64,000 bases of DNA, taken from an uncultured Spirochaetota bacterium. GTDB lineage: Bacteria; Spirochaetota; Spirochaetia; SZUA-6; Fen-1364. Below are positions 39,083 through 48,688 of the stretch, one piece after another (the first letter of the stretch is position 1; each line of letters starts with the position of its first letter). Where the stretch lies: contig CAWAHW010000006.1 of NCBI GenBank assembly GCA_963781885.1, forward strand, positions 349,943 to 413,942. The letters run 5' to 3'. A program made the position numbers and the translations under genes. The notes under the pieces were generated by a model. It saw nothing but the letters and a program-made list of their open reading frames with translations. It ran no database searches and was not told the origin of the DNA.

Positions 39083-40459
39083 ATGGGCCGCGCCCATCGC
39101 ATCCTGGTCGTCGATGACGAGGAGACCATCCGCAGCATGCTGCGGGATCTGCTTTCCGCCAACGCGCACCAGGTGGACGAGGCGGTGGACACCCGCAGCG
39201 CGGTGCAGCTCCTCCGCACCCGGGAATACGACGTCGTGCTCACCGATCTGATGCTGCCCGACGGCGACGGCCTGGAGGTGCTGCGCGTCGCCCGCTCGCG
39301 GCCCTACGATCCCGAAGTGCTCGTCATCACCGCGTACGGCAGCATCGATTCGGCCGTGGAGGCCGTCCGCGCCGGCGCCTTCGACTACCTCACGAAACCG
39401 CTCGCCACGCAGAAGCTGCTCCTCACGGTGGACCGCGCCGCGGAGAGGCGCTCCCTGCGGACGGAGGTGAGCAATCTCCGCCGCGAGGTGGGCGAACGCT
39501 ACGCGCAGAAGAACCTCGTCGGCACGAGCGCCGCGATGCGACGCGTGCTGGAGCTGATCGACATCGTCTCCGCCACCGATTCCGCCGTCCTCATCCAGGG
39601 CGAGAGCGGGACGGGAAAGGAGCTCGTCGCGCGGGCCATCCATTACAGCGGCGCGCGAGCCTCGCGGCAATTCATCGCCATCAACTGCGCGGCGCTTCCC
39701 GAGGCGCTGCTGGAGAGCGAGCTCTTCGGGTACTCCAAGGGCGCCTTCACCGGCGCGGCGACCGACCACAAGGGGCTTTTCGAGGAGGCCGATGGGGGGA
39801 CGCTGCTTCTGGACGAGATCGGGGACATGCCGCTCCTCCTCCAGGGAAAGCTCCTCCGCGTGCTCCAGGAGGGGGAGATCAGGCGCGTGGGAAGCGCCGC
39901 GGTGCGGCGCGTCGACGTGCGGATCCTCGCCTCCACGAATCGCAGCCTTCCCGATCTCATCCGCGACGGGCGATTCCGCGAGGATCTCTTCTATCGACTG
40001 AACGTCATTCCCCTCGCCATTCCCCCGTTGCGGGAAAGGTCGGAAGACATCATCGCGCTCTGCCGCCACTTCCTCACGATGCATGCGGGAAAGCTGGGCC
40101 GCCCTCCGCAGACCCTGACGGCCGACGCGCTCCAGGTTGCGCTTCACTACGACTGGCCGGGCAATGTCCGCGAGCTGGAGAACGTCATCGAGCGGGCGGT
40201 CACCCTCACGTCGTCGCTGGAAATTTCCGCCGACGAGTTCCAGCGCATCCTCGGGCTGGGTCATGCCACGCCGCGGCCCGCCGCTGCCCCTCCTGCCGCG
40301 ACGGAAACGGGCTCGCTGCAGAACGCGGAAAGGGACACGATCCTCCGGGCCCTGCGCGAAGCGGGCGGAAACCAGACGCGGGCGGCCATTGCGCTGGGCA
40401 TGGGGCGCAACACGCTGTGGAGAAAGATGAAAAAGTACGGCATCGAAAGTCGGATCTGA
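39083..40459 (+). CDS. Sigma54-dependent response regulator (NtrC/AtoC family)
   Basis: REC, AAA+ (GESGTGKE, GAFTGA, DEIG, WPGNVREL) and a Fis-type HTH. Confidence 0.95.
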   Translation: MGRAHRILVVDDEETIRSMLRDLLSANAHQVDEAVDTRSAVQLLRTREYDVVLTDLMLPDGDGLEVLRVARSRPYDPEVLVITAYGSIDSAVEAVRAGAFDYLTKPLATQKLLLTVDRAAERRSLRTEVSNLRREVGERYAQKNLVGTSAAMRRVLELIDIVSATDSAVLIQGESGTGKELVARAIHYSGARASRQFIAINCAALPEALLESELFGYSKGAFTGAATDHKGLFEEADGGTLLLDEIGDMPLLLQGKLLRVLQEGEIRRVGSAAVRRVDVRILASTNRSLPDLIRDGRFREDLFYRLNVIPLAIPPLRERSEDIIALCRHFLTMHAGKLGRPPQTLTADALQVALHYDWPGNVRELENVIERAVTLTSSLEISADEFQRILGLGHATPRPAAAPPAATETGSLQNAERDTILRALREAGGNQTRAAIALGMGRNTLWRKMKKYGIESRI

Positions 40460-40470
40460 TAGCCGCGCGC

Positions 40471-40508
40471 GTTCCAAAAGTTGTGGAACAAGTGTTCCAA
40501 AATGAAAC
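40471..40508. promoter_or_regulatory. Putative upstream activator sites for a sigma54 enhancer-binding protein
   Basis: Overlapping palindromes GTTCCA-N7-TGGAAC, TGGAACA-AG-TGTTCCA and GTTCCA-AAA-TGAAAC, ~120-160 bp upstream of a -24/-12 promoter. Confidence 0.55.
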
Positions 40509-40628
40509 GTTCTTCATCAGCCCGGCATGGGCAATCGAAAGTGATCGAGATTTCCCGCTCAAATGGGCTTTTCCATGCCTTTTTTGCCGTGAGATCGACA
40601 GGTTCGCGCATGACGGAGGCCTGGCGCC

Positions 40629-40645
40629 TTGGCATGGGGATTGCT
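40629..40645 (+). promoter_or_regulatory. Sigma54 (-24/-12) promoter of the che operon
   Basis: TTGGCATGGGGATTGCT gives GG-N10-GC, matching TGGCA-N6-TTGC. Confidence 0.8.
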
Positions 40646-40686
40646 TAATTACAATTGCACATTTTCTTCGAGGGAGGAGACAACCG

Positions 40687-41049
40687 ATGGGAAAAAAGGT
40701 CTTGGTCGTTGATGATGCAAACTTTATGCGAACCATCGTCAAGGACACGCTTGCGCCAAACGGCTTCGAGATCGCGGGGGAGGCCACCAATGGAATGGAG
40801 GCCGTCACCATGTACATGAAGCTGAAGCCCGATCTTGTGACGATGGACATCACCATGAAGGTGAAGGACGGGCTGGAGGCGGCGCGGGAGATCCTTGCGG
40901 CCGACCCGAACGCAAGGATCGTGATGGTCACGGCGCTCGGCCAGGAGAAGATGCTCCTGGATTCGATCGCCCTGGGCGTCCGCGATTTCGTCGTGAAGCC
41001 TTTCACCAAGGAGAGGATCCTCTCCGCGGTCGAGAAGGCGCTACAGTAA
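40687..41049 (+). CDS. cheY: Chemotaxis response regulator CheY
   Basis: VVDDA.FMR, TMDITM, TALGQ, VKPF; first gene of the che cluster. Confidence 0.9.
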   Translation: MGKKVLVVDDANFMRTIVKDTLAPNGFEIAGEATNGMEAVTMYMKLKPDLVTMDITMKVKDGLEAAREILAADPNARIVMVTALGQEKMLLDSIALGVRDFVVKPFTKERILSAVEKALQ

Positions 41050-41068
41050 GCGGGAGCGGGAGGACACC

Positions 41069-41596
41069 ATGATCAAAATAAACGCAAAACACGTCAATCC
41101 CTTCGTCGAAGCCGCCATGCGCGTGGTCACGCAGATCGCGGGCATCGAGGTTCGCCGCGGGCACCTCTCCTACAAGGAGAAGGTGGAGCCCTCCTTCGGG
41201 GTCTCGATCATCGTCGGGATATACGGCTTTCTCACCGGCCAGGTGGTGTACAGCCTCGACGGCAATCTCGCCGAGCGCATGGTGGACAAGATGCTCGACG
41301 GGAAGTCACCGCAGGAGAAGAAGATCATGTTCCTGGACTGTCTCGGCGAGGTGGCGAACATGATCACCGGCAACGCGACGTCCCTCCTGAACCAGCGGCG
41401 GGATCAGATCCTCAACATCACGACGCCGGCCATCGCGGCGGGCACGAATCTCAGCGTGCACCTCGTGCCGAAGCCCGCGCTCGTCCTTGGCCTCATCACT
41501 CAGTACGGGCCCATCGAGATCAGCATCGCCGTCGAAGAGAAAGAGACGCTCCAGGAGACGGGGCTGGCCGACGACGGCCTCCTCTCGGAAACCTGA
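41069..41596 (+). CDS. cheX: Chemotaxis phosphatase CheX
   Basis: NPF..AA..V, G..G...G...Y, LGEVANMITGNA, ITTP. Confidence 0.88.
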   Translation: MIKINAKHVNPFVEAAMRVVTQIAGIEVRRGHLSYKEKVEPSFGVSIIVGIYGFLTGQVVYSLDGNLAERMVDKMLDGKSPQEKKIMFLDCLGEVANMITGNATSLLNQRRDQILNITTPAIAAGTNLSVHLVPKPALVLGLITQYGPIEISIAVEEKETLQETGLADDGLLSET

Positions 41597-41623
41597 CGCG
41601 AGCCCGAAAACGGAGACATTCGA

Positions 41624-44600
41624 ATGGAAGTGAAGCCTGAATACCTGGCGATCTTCAGCGAGGAAGCGAGTGACCAGCTGCGGGAGTGGGAGGAATGCCT
41701 CCTTTCCCTGGAGAAGGCACCCGAGGACCGCGAACCGCTGAACAGCATGTTCCGTGCCATTCATACGCTGAAGGGGTCGGCCGGATTCATCGGCTTCGAC
41801 ACGCTGCAAAAACTGGCGCACGACCTGGAGTCGTCGCTGTCGGACGTCCGCGACGGCAACCGCCATTTCGACGGACCGCTCAACGAGCTGCTCTTCAAGG
41901 GCCTCGATCTCAGCAAGACGATGATCGATGCGTTCACCAACGGCAAGGCCACCGACGTGGATTTGGACGGCTTTCTCGCGCGGCTCGCGGAGCTCGCGGG
42001 TTCCAAAGCTGCCAGCGCCCGGCCGGCCACTGCTGGTGGCATTTCGCCGGCCACTGCTGGTGGCATTTCGCCGGCCACTGCTGGTGGCATTTCGCCGGCC
42101 ACTGCTGGTGGCATTTCGCCGGCCACGGGCAACGTTTCCGCGCCCATGCAGGCAGCGGCTGTCCCCGCGGCTGCTCCTGCTGGCATTTCCGCGGCCACTC
42201 CGAATCCCGAGGCCCAGACGTGCGTGCTCACGGTGAGCATTCAAGGCAACAATCGGGAAGCCTACCTGCGGTCGTGCCTCGTCAAGGCGCGCCTGGACAG
42301 GATGGGCACGGTCATTTCCATGGAGCCCTCGCCGGATCTCCTCCGCGATTCCACCGAGCCCTTCGTCTACACCGTGGGCATCGCGGCGGTGCGGGACGCG
42401 GCGGCGCTCGCCGCATCGATCTCCATCGACCAGGTCACGGTGACACCCGCCGCCGAAATGCCGCCAGCAGCGGCCGCACCGAAGACCGAGCAGCCGAAGC
42501 AGGAGGCCGCCGCCGAAATGCCGCCAGGAGCGGCCGCCGCCGAGCGGGCGCCCACGTCCGCCGCCGCGGCGCGCGAGGCCCACGAGCAGTTCTCCCAGGG
42601 CTCCCATCCCGACGAGGTGGTGCGCGTGTCGGTCCTGAAGCTCGATACGCTCCTGAACCTCGTCGGCGAGCTCGTCATCCACAACTCGGGATTCGTCGCC
42701 ATGACGCAGCTCCTCAAGGAGGACTACGGCAAGGCGAAGTTCATCTACGACCTGGAGGAGAAGACGGAGGCGTTGTCCGCCATCACCCGTGAGCTCCAGG
42801 ACGGCATCATGAAGGCGCGCATGCTCCCGATCGCGAATGTCTTCAACCGCTTCCGCCGCGTCGTCCGCGATCTGGCAAAGGCGAGCGGGAAGAGCGTGAT
42901 CCTCGACGTGTTCGGCGAGGAGACGGAGATCGACAAGAAGGTGATCGACCGCATCGGCGAGCCCCTCGTCCATCTCGTGCGCAACGCGGTGGACCACGGC
43001 CTGGAGCCGAGCGCCGACCGCGCCGCCAACGGCAAGCCCGCCGAGGGCACCATCCGCCTGGGCGCATTCCAGGAAGGCGATCACATCTGCATCGAGGTCT
43101 CCGACGACGGCAAGGGCCTGGACCGCGATGCCATACTCCACAAGGCGCTGGAGAAGGGCCTCATCAGCAACGACGAGGCGCCCCGCGCGAGCGCCGAGCA
43201 GATCCTCAACTTCATTTTCCTGCCCGGCTTCAGCACCGCGCAGGCGGTCACCGACATCTCCGGGCGCGGCGTCGGAATGGACGCCGTCAAGAAGGCCGTC
43301 GACGAGATGAACGGCAACCTCCGCGTGCGCTCCACGCCGCGCGTGGGCACCACGGTGACCATCTCCCTGCCGCTCACCATGGCCATCATCACCGCGGTGC
43401 TCGTCGAGGTGCAGGGCAGCACCTACGCGATTCCGCTGTCGGCGGTCCGCGAGATCCTCAAAGCGAGCGAATCGATCCTCCGCACCGTGGGCAACCGCAA
43501 CGTCATCCTCCTGCGCAGCGAGGTGCTCGCGCTCGTGAATCTCGGCAGCGCGCTGCAGAACGGCAACGCGGACGGCCGGGCCGATCTTGACGCGCGCCCC
43601 GTGCCGGGGCACCCCGTGGTGGTCGTCGATTTCGAGGGCCGCAAGATCGGTCTCGAGGTCGACAGCATCCATGGCACGCGCGAAGTGGTGATCAAGAGCC
43701 TGAGCCGTCATTACCGCGAAGTGGAAGGGCTCATCGGCGCCTCCATCCTCGGCAACGGAAAGATCGCGCTCATCGTGGACGTGGAGACCCTCATCAGCCA
43801 GCATCACCGTTCTTCCGACGCGGTCGGCATCAAGAGCCGTGCGTCGGTCGTCGAAGCCGGACGGCGGGAGACCGCCGCCGAGGCGGCCCGGCCCGAGCCC
43901 GTCGCGAAGCGCGAGGCTGTTCCCACGGCGGCGCAGGAGCCGGTTCCCGTCCCGGCGCCGCAACCGGCCCCGGCAGGGGCTGCCCCTGCCGCAAAAGACG
44001 CCGCTTCGGCCCCCGCGCAATCCGCACCGGCAGCGTCTCAGCCGATCGAGGAGCTTGCGAAGATCGTGGCCGGCGCAAAGGGCCGGCTTCTGGAAGACGT
44101 CAACAACCAGGGCGCGATCCAGGCCTCCATGTCCCTGACCCAGCTCACGGGCCAGGAGATCCGTGTGAGCTTCCCGGAGTCGCGGCTCGTGGCGATCAAG
44201 GACGTCGCCGAGATCATGGGCGGGGAAGAAAGCACGGTCGGCGGCATATACGTCGGGGTCCAGGGGGATCTTGCCGCCGGCATGCTCCTGGTCATACCCG
44301 AAGCCTACCTTCTCCTCATGGACGACGTTCTCCACCGGCGGCCGACCGGAACCGCCACCCAGATCGCGGAAGTCGATCTCTCGGCCATCTCCGAGGCGGG
44401 CAACATCCTTGCCTCCTGCTTCATCAACGCCATGGCGGACGCCTCGCGGCTCAACCTTTCACCCGAAGTGCCTGAGATCAGCATTGACATGTGCCTCCCC
44501 GTCATCGATTCGGTCCTGGCCCGGTTCAACCAGCCCGGCGACAACCTCCTGCTCACGCAGGCGGTCATCTACGGCGGGGGACTGGAGAACGCGGTGTGCC

Positions 44601-44695
44601 ATCAGGTCCTTTTCCTCGAGCCGGATTCCCTGCGCAAGCTCCTTGACGCGCTGGCCCGTGCGCAGACGCGGACGGACGCGGCGGTGGCGGGCTGA
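41624..44695 (+). CDS. cheA: Chemotaxis kinase CheA fused to a C-terminal CheC-like domain
   Basis: Hpt (FR.IHTLKG), dimerisation domain, HATPase (RNAVDHG, SGRGVGMD), CheW-like P5, then a P/A linker and a CheC fold (SAISEAGNIL). Confidence 0.9.
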   Translation: MEVKPEYLAIFSEEASDQLREWEECLLSLEKAPEDREPLNSMFRAIHTLKGSAGFIGFDTLQKLAHDLESSLSDVRDGNRHFDGPLNELLFKGLDLSKTMIDAFTNGKATDVDLDGFLARLAELAGSKAASARPATAGGISPATAGGISPATAGGISPATAGGISPATGNVSAPMQAAAVPAAAPAGISAATPNPEAQTCVLTVSIQGNNREAYLRSCLVKARLDRMGTVISMEPSPDLLRDSTEPFVYTVGIAAVRDAAALAASISIDQVTVTPAAEMPPAAAAPKTEQPKQEAAAEMPPGAAAAERAPTSAAAAREAHEQFSQGSHPDEVVRVSVLKLDTLLNLVGELVIHNSGFVAMTQLLKEDYGKAKFIYDLEEKTEALSAITRELQDGIMKARMLPIANVFNRFRRVVRDLAKASGKSVILDVFGEETEIDKKVIDRIGEPLVHLVRNAVDHGLEPSADRAANGKPAEGTIRLGAFQEGDHICIEVSDDGKGLDRDAILHKALEKGLISNDEAPRASAEQILNFIFLPGFSTAQAVTDISGRGVGMDAVKKAVDEMNGNLRVRSTPRVGTTVTISLPLTMAIITAVLVEVQGSTYAIPLSAVREILKASESILRTVGNRNVILLRSEVLALVNLGSALQNGNADGRADLDARPVPGHPVVVVDFEGRKIGLEVDSIHGTREVVIKSLSRHYREVEGLIGASILGNGKIALIVDVETLISQHHRSSDAVGIKSRASVVEAGRRETAAEAARPEPVAKREAVPTAAQEPVPVPAPQPAPAGAAPAAKDAASAPAQSAPAASQPIEELAKIVAGAKGRLLEDVNNQGAIQASMSLTQLTGQEIRVSFPESRLVAIKDVAEIMGGEESTVGGIYVGVQGDLAAGMLLVIPEAYLLLMDDVLHRRPTGTATQIAEVDLSAISEAGNILASCFINAMADASRLNLSPEVPEISIDMCLPVIDSVLARFNQPGDNLLLTQAVIYGGGLENAVCHQVLFLEPDSLRKLLDALARAQTRTDAAVAG
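42023..42126 (+). repeat. In-frame 24-bp tandem repeat CCGGCCACTGCTGGTGGCATTTCG x4.3 in the cheA linker (PATAGGIS)
   Basis: Perfect nucleotide identity between units. Confidence 0.9.
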
Positions 44696-44696
44696 T

Positions 44697-45182
44697 ATGG
44701 AGGAGACGACCGTGACAGTCAAGATGGCGGAAATGGACGTTGTGACCGACGGCCGGAGCCTGAAGACGATACTTGGTTCCTGCGTCGGCGTGATCCTTCG
44801 CGACCCCGAGAAACGCGTGAGCGGGCTCGCCCACATCATGCTGCCCGAGAAGCGCCGCGACGACGCCGCCGCCGGGAAATACGCGGATTCCGCCGTGCCC
44901 GCCCTGCTTGCCCGCATCACGGGGAGCGGCGCCCGGCAGGGCGCCCTCCAGGCGATGCTTATCGGGGGAGCGCAGATGTTTCCCATGGGCAATTCGACGC
45001 TCGCGTCGATCGGGGATCAGAACGTCGTGGCCGCGCGCAAGGCGCTGAAGGAGAGCCGCATCCCGATCGTTTTCGAAGAGATCGGCGGAAAGGCGGGCCG
45101 TTCGGTCGTCTTCAACAACTTGACGGGCCAGGTATCCGTGAAGACGCTCCAGGCCATCGTCTGCACAGGAGCAAGGAAATGA
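44697..45182 (+). CDS. cheD: Chemoreceptor glutamine deamidase CheD
   Basis: T.LGSCVGV, GLAHIMLP, KYAD, GGAQMF, IG..N. Confidence 0.92.
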   Translation: MEETTVTVKMAEMDVVTDGRSLKTILGSCVGVILRDPEKRVSGLAHIMLPEKRRDDAAAGKYADSAVPALLARITGSGARQGALQAMLIGGAQMFPMGNSTLASIGDQNVVAARKALKESRIPIVFEEIGGKAGRSVVFNNLTGQVSVKTLQAIVCTGARK

Positions 45183-46048
45183 CCTTACCCGCGCCCATCC
45201 TTCCCACGAGCACGACGACCCCCCTCCTCACGGAGGAGACCTTTGCCCGGTTCCAGGCGTTGATATTCGAAAAGACCGGCATCCGCATGCGGGATGGCAA
45301 GCAGATTCTCATCTCCAATCGTCTGCGGAAGCGCCTCGTGCAGCTGAAGCTCGGCAGCTACGAGGAGTACTACGACCTGCTCACCTCGCGCAACCCGCCG
45401 CGGGACGAGATGTCGAACTTCATCGACGCGGTGAGCACGAACGAGACCTATTTCTTCCGCGAGGGCAATCACTTCACGGCCCTCTCCTCCATCATTTTCC
45501 CCGAGCTTTTCCGCACGGCCGGCAAGCTGCGCATCTGGAGCGCCGGCTGCTCGACCGGGGAAGAGGTGTACACGCTCCGCATGGTCGCCGACCAGGCATC
45601 GAAGGCGTCCGGCAAGGACGTGGAGATCGTCGGCACCGACATCAGCACCTCCGTGATCGCGCGCGCGCGGGAGGGAATCTACGGCGAACGGGCGCTGCGC
45701 CTGGTGGCACCCGACATGCTGAAGACCTATTTCGCGCCGCTCGGCGACGGCATCTTCCAGGTGTCGCGCGAGGCGCGCGCGCGCGTCGATTTCCGCGTGC
45801 ACAATCTCTTCACCGATCCGCCCCCGTGGGACCGGGTGAACGTGATCTTCTGCCGCAACGTCATGATCTATTTCGACAAGCCGACACAGGCGAAGCTCGT
45901 CGACGGCGTCTTCGCCCGCGCGATCCACCCCGACGGGTACCTGTTCATCGGGCATTCCGAGTCTCTCAGCGGCTTCACGAAGTGCTTCTCCTACGCGTCG
46001 GACCTCAAGGCGCCCATCTATCGCCTGAAGAAGGAGGTCGCGAAATGA
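45179..46048 (+). CDS. cheR: Chemotaxis methyltransferase CheR
   Basis: TNETYFFRE, IWSAGCSTGEE.Y, IFCRNV.IYFD, IGHSE. Confidence 0.95.
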   Translation: MTLPAPILPTSTTTPLLTEETFARFQALIFEKTGIRMRDGKQILISNRLRKRLVQLKLGSYEEYYDLLTSRNPPRDEMSNFIDAVSTNETYFFREGNHFTALSSIIFPELFRTAGKLRIWSAGCSTGEEVYTLRMVADQASKASGKDVEIVGTDISTSVIARAREGIYGERALRLVAPDMLKTYFAPLGDGIFQVSREARARVDFRVHNLFTDPPPWDRVNVIFCRNVMIYFDKPTQAKLVDGVFARAIHPDGYLFIGHSESLSGFTKCFSYASDLKAPIYRLKKEVAK

Positions 46049-47262
46049 TCCGTGTCATGGTCGTCGACGATTCCGCCCTCGTGCGCCGCATCGCCACCGA
46101 CATCCTCAAGGAGGATCCCGAGATCACGGTGGTGGCCACCGCGTCGCAGGCGGAGTTCGCCCTCCAGAAGCTCGACAAGGAGCAGCCCGACGTCATCACG
46201 CTGGACATGGAGATGCCCGGCATGGGCGGGCTGGAGGCGATCCGGCGCATCATGGCCGTCCGTCCGACCCCGATCATCGTCCTCAGCGCGTATGCCCAGA
46301 AGGGCGCCGAGCTCACGCTCCAGGCGCTCGATCTCGGGGCGGTTGACTTCGTTCTGAAACCGTCGAGCTCTCTGTCCGGCGGAATTGCCACGATTGCGCA
46401 GGAGCTGGTCGAAAAGGTGAAGGACGCGTCGCGGATCGTCTTCCGCACGGCGGCCACTCCTTCCGCTCCTGGCGGAGTTGGTGGCACTTCAGCGGCCACT
46501 CCTTCCGCTCCTGGCGGAGTTGGTGGCATTTCAGCGGCCACTCCTTCCGCTCCTGGCGGAGTTGGTGGCGCGGTGTCCGCCGGCTCCGCCGCTGCCGCCG
46601 CCGCGCTTGGGACGCGCGTCGAGGCCCCGGCCCGGCCGGTGCCCCGCACGGCGGGCGAGCGGGCGATGGGCGACTACGACCTGGTAGCCATTGGCACCTC
46701 CACCGGCGGCCCGGTGGCGCTGAAGACGGTCCTCACGATGCTGCCTGGGGACCTTCCCGTCGGCGTCGTCGTCGTCCAGCACATGCCCCCGGTCTTCACG
46801 AAGGCGTTCGCGGAGCGGCTGGACAGCTGCTGCGCACTGGCCGTCAAGGAAGCGGAGAACGGCGACGCCATCCTCCCCGGGCGCGTGCTCCTGGCGCCGG
46901 GGAACTTCCACATGACGGTGTCCCGGTTCGGGAGCGAGCCGCGCGTCACCCTCAATCAGAACGAGAACGTCAACGGCCACCGCCCGTCGGTGGACGTGCT
47001 CATGCACTCCGTCGCGCTGGAATACGGGGCCCATGCCGTCGGGGTCATCATGACGGGCATGGGCAAGGACGGCGCCGAGGGCCTGCACGAGCTGCACCGC
47101 AAGGGCGGTCACGTCATCGCGCAGGACAAGGACAGCTCCGTCATCTTTGGCATGAACCGCGAGGTCGTGCAGAACGGGGACGCGCACGAGGTGGCCCCGG
47201 TGGAAGAGATCGCGGCAAGGATCTGCGATGCGCTGCGCGGACGCGTGGCGAGGAAGGTATAG
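46045..47262 (+). CDS. cheB: Chemotaxis methylesterase CheB (REC plus methylesterase)
   Basis: G.STGGP, VQHMP..FT, HRPSVD, TGMG.DGA. Confidence 0.95.
   Translation: MIRVMVVDDSALVRRIATDILKEDPEITVVATASQAEFALQKLDKEQPDVITLDMEMPGMGGLEAIRRIMAVRPTPIIVLSAYAQKGAELTLQALDLGAVDFVLKPSSSLSGGIATIAQELVEKVKDASRIVFRTAATPSAPGGVGGTSAATPSAPGGVGGISAATPSAPGGVGGAVSAGSAAAAAALGTRVEAPARPVPRTAGERAMGDYDLVAIGTSTGGPVALKTVLTMLPGDLPVGVVVVQHMPPVFTKAFAERLDSCCALAVKEAENGDAILPGRVLLAPGNFHMTVSRFGSEPRVTLNQNENVNGHRPSVDVLMHSVALEYGAHAVGVIMTGMGKDGAEGLHELHRKGGHVIAQDKDSSVIFGMNREVVQNGDAHEVAPVEEIAARICDALRGRVARKV
46450..46569 (+). repeat. In-frame 42-bp tandem repeat x2.9 in the cheB linker (AATPSAPGGVGG(T/I)S)
   Basis: Units GCGGCCACTCCTTCCGCTCCTGGCGGAGTTGGTGGCAYTTCA. 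Confidence 0.9.
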
Positions 47263-47263
47263 T

Positions 47264-47551
47264 ATGAGCTTGCGGGAGCGCTACAATCTGGACAGTCTGG
47301 GCAACCGTTCGCAGGAGCTCGTCTACGAGGCCGTGGAGCGGCTGGTGGACGAGAAGGCGATCTGCACCTGCGAGGAGTGCGTGATGGACCTGGTCGCATG
47401 GACGCTGAATCACGTGACCCCGCGCTACTATGCCTCGCTTCTCTCGCCGCTCATTCCGGACACGACGCTGGAGCAGAAGGTGCGCGTCGAGATCGACCTG
47501 GCGATCTCCTCGGGCCGCAAGAGACTGCGGGACCACCCGCATCACGCATAA
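47264..47551 (+). CDS. ComFB-family protein
   Basis: N..E.LV, CxCxxC..D..A..LN...P.Y, C-terminal P.H. Confidence 0.8.
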   Translation: MSLRERYNLDSLGNRSQELVYEAVERLVDEKAICTCEECVMDLVAWTLNHVTPRYYASLLSPLIPDTTLEQKVRVEIDLAISSGRKRLRDHPHHA

Positions 47552-47565
47552 GGGAGGGACATGAC

Positions 47566-48675
47566 GTGGCTACGGAGAGCATGAATGAGACCCCGGCCAA
47601 GGGGATGAAGCTGGATATCACGCCGCCGGCGCACCCGCCGAAGATCCTGGTCCTCGACGACGAAAAGGAGATCCAGTCGCTCGTGGCGGCGATGCTGAAG
47701 ATCCGCGGCTTCGGCTGCGACCTCGCCGGATCCGTTGCCGACGCGCGGGCCCTCATGGCGCGCGCCCGCTACGACATCGTGCTCATCGACGTGAACCTGC
47801 CCGACGGCTCGGGGCTCGCCCTCACGGAGGGCGCCGATGAAAACGCGCCCCTGGTCGTCGTCATGACGGGCAGCAACGACATCCAGACGGCCATCAAGGC
47901 CATCCGCAACGGGGCCATCGACTTCATCACGAAGCCCTTCGCCGTCGGGCATTTCCTCCAGCGCATCGACAAGGCCGTCGAGGAATGGCGCACGCGGCGC
48001 AGCCTCCAGTACTACGCGCGGACCCTGGAGAGGCTCGTGCAGCTGAAGAGCGACGAGCTTTCCCGCACGTCGCGCCAGATCGACGAGGTCTGCGACATGA
48101 CCGTGGCGGCCCTGGGCGCCGCGCTGAATCTGAAGGACCACGAGACCGCCGATCATTGCCAGCGCGTCTCGAAGAACTGCGTCACGATGGGGAGGATGCT
48201 CACCCTGTCGGAGTTCGAGCTGAAGAATCTCGAGTGGGGGGCCTACCTCCACGACGTCGGCAAGATCGGGATCCCCGAGCGCATCCTCCTGAAGGAAGGG
48301 GCGCTGGAGCCCGACGAGAGGCGCATCGTGGAAAAGCATCCCATCATGGGGCATACGATGATCCGCAACATCGAGTTCTTACGCTACGCCACCGACGTCG
48401 TGCTGTCGCACCATGAGCGCTTCGACGGCACGGGCTACCCCCACGGCCTCCAGGGGCACCGCATCCCGCTCAACGCGCGGATATTCTCCGTGATGGACAC
48501 CCTGGACGCGATGACGTCCGACCGGCCCTACCGGGCGGCGCTCCCCATCGCCGCGGTGGCCGCGGAGCTGCAGGAAAAGGTGGGATCGCAGTTCGATCCC
48601 GAGATCATTGAAGTTTTCGTCGAGGCCCCCGCATCCGTCTGGCACGTCCAGGGTCGGGTCGCCATCCACGCATAG
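47566..48675 (+). CDS. REC-HD-GYP cyclic di-nucleotide phosphodiesterase (RpfG family)
   Basis: REC, then T..H..RV, LHDVGK, HHERFDG.GYP, RPYR, QFDP. Confidence 0.92.
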   Translation: MATESMNETPAKGMKLDITPPAHPPKILVLDDEKEIQSLVAAMLKIRGFGCDLAGSVADARALMARARYDIVLIDVNLPDGSGLALTEGADENAPLVVVMTGSNDIQTAIKAIRNGAIDFITKPFAVGHFLQRIDKAVEEWRTRRSLQYYARTLERLVQLKSDELSRTSRQIDEVCDMTVAALGAALNLKDHETADHCQRVSKNCVTMGRMLTLSEFELKNLEWGAYLHDVGKIGIPERILLKEGALEPDERRIVEKHPIMGHTMIRNIEFLRYATDVVLSHHERFDGTGYPHGLQGHRIPLNARIFSVMDTLDAMTSDRPYRAALPIAAVAAELQEKVGSQFDPEIIEVFVEAPASVWHVQGRVAIHA

Positions 48676-48688
48676 GGAAGGAGATACC

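Noticed and set aside
38555-40477. 640-aa minus-strand ORF and similar long alternative ORFs (2533-3984, 7885-9654, 20301-22259)
   Set aside because: They overlap well-supported genes on the other strand and have Arg/Gly/Pro-rich non-coding composition.
41306-44335. 1009-aa minus-strand ORF
   Set aside because: Antisense shadow of cheA caused by high-GC codon bias; no recognisable motifs.
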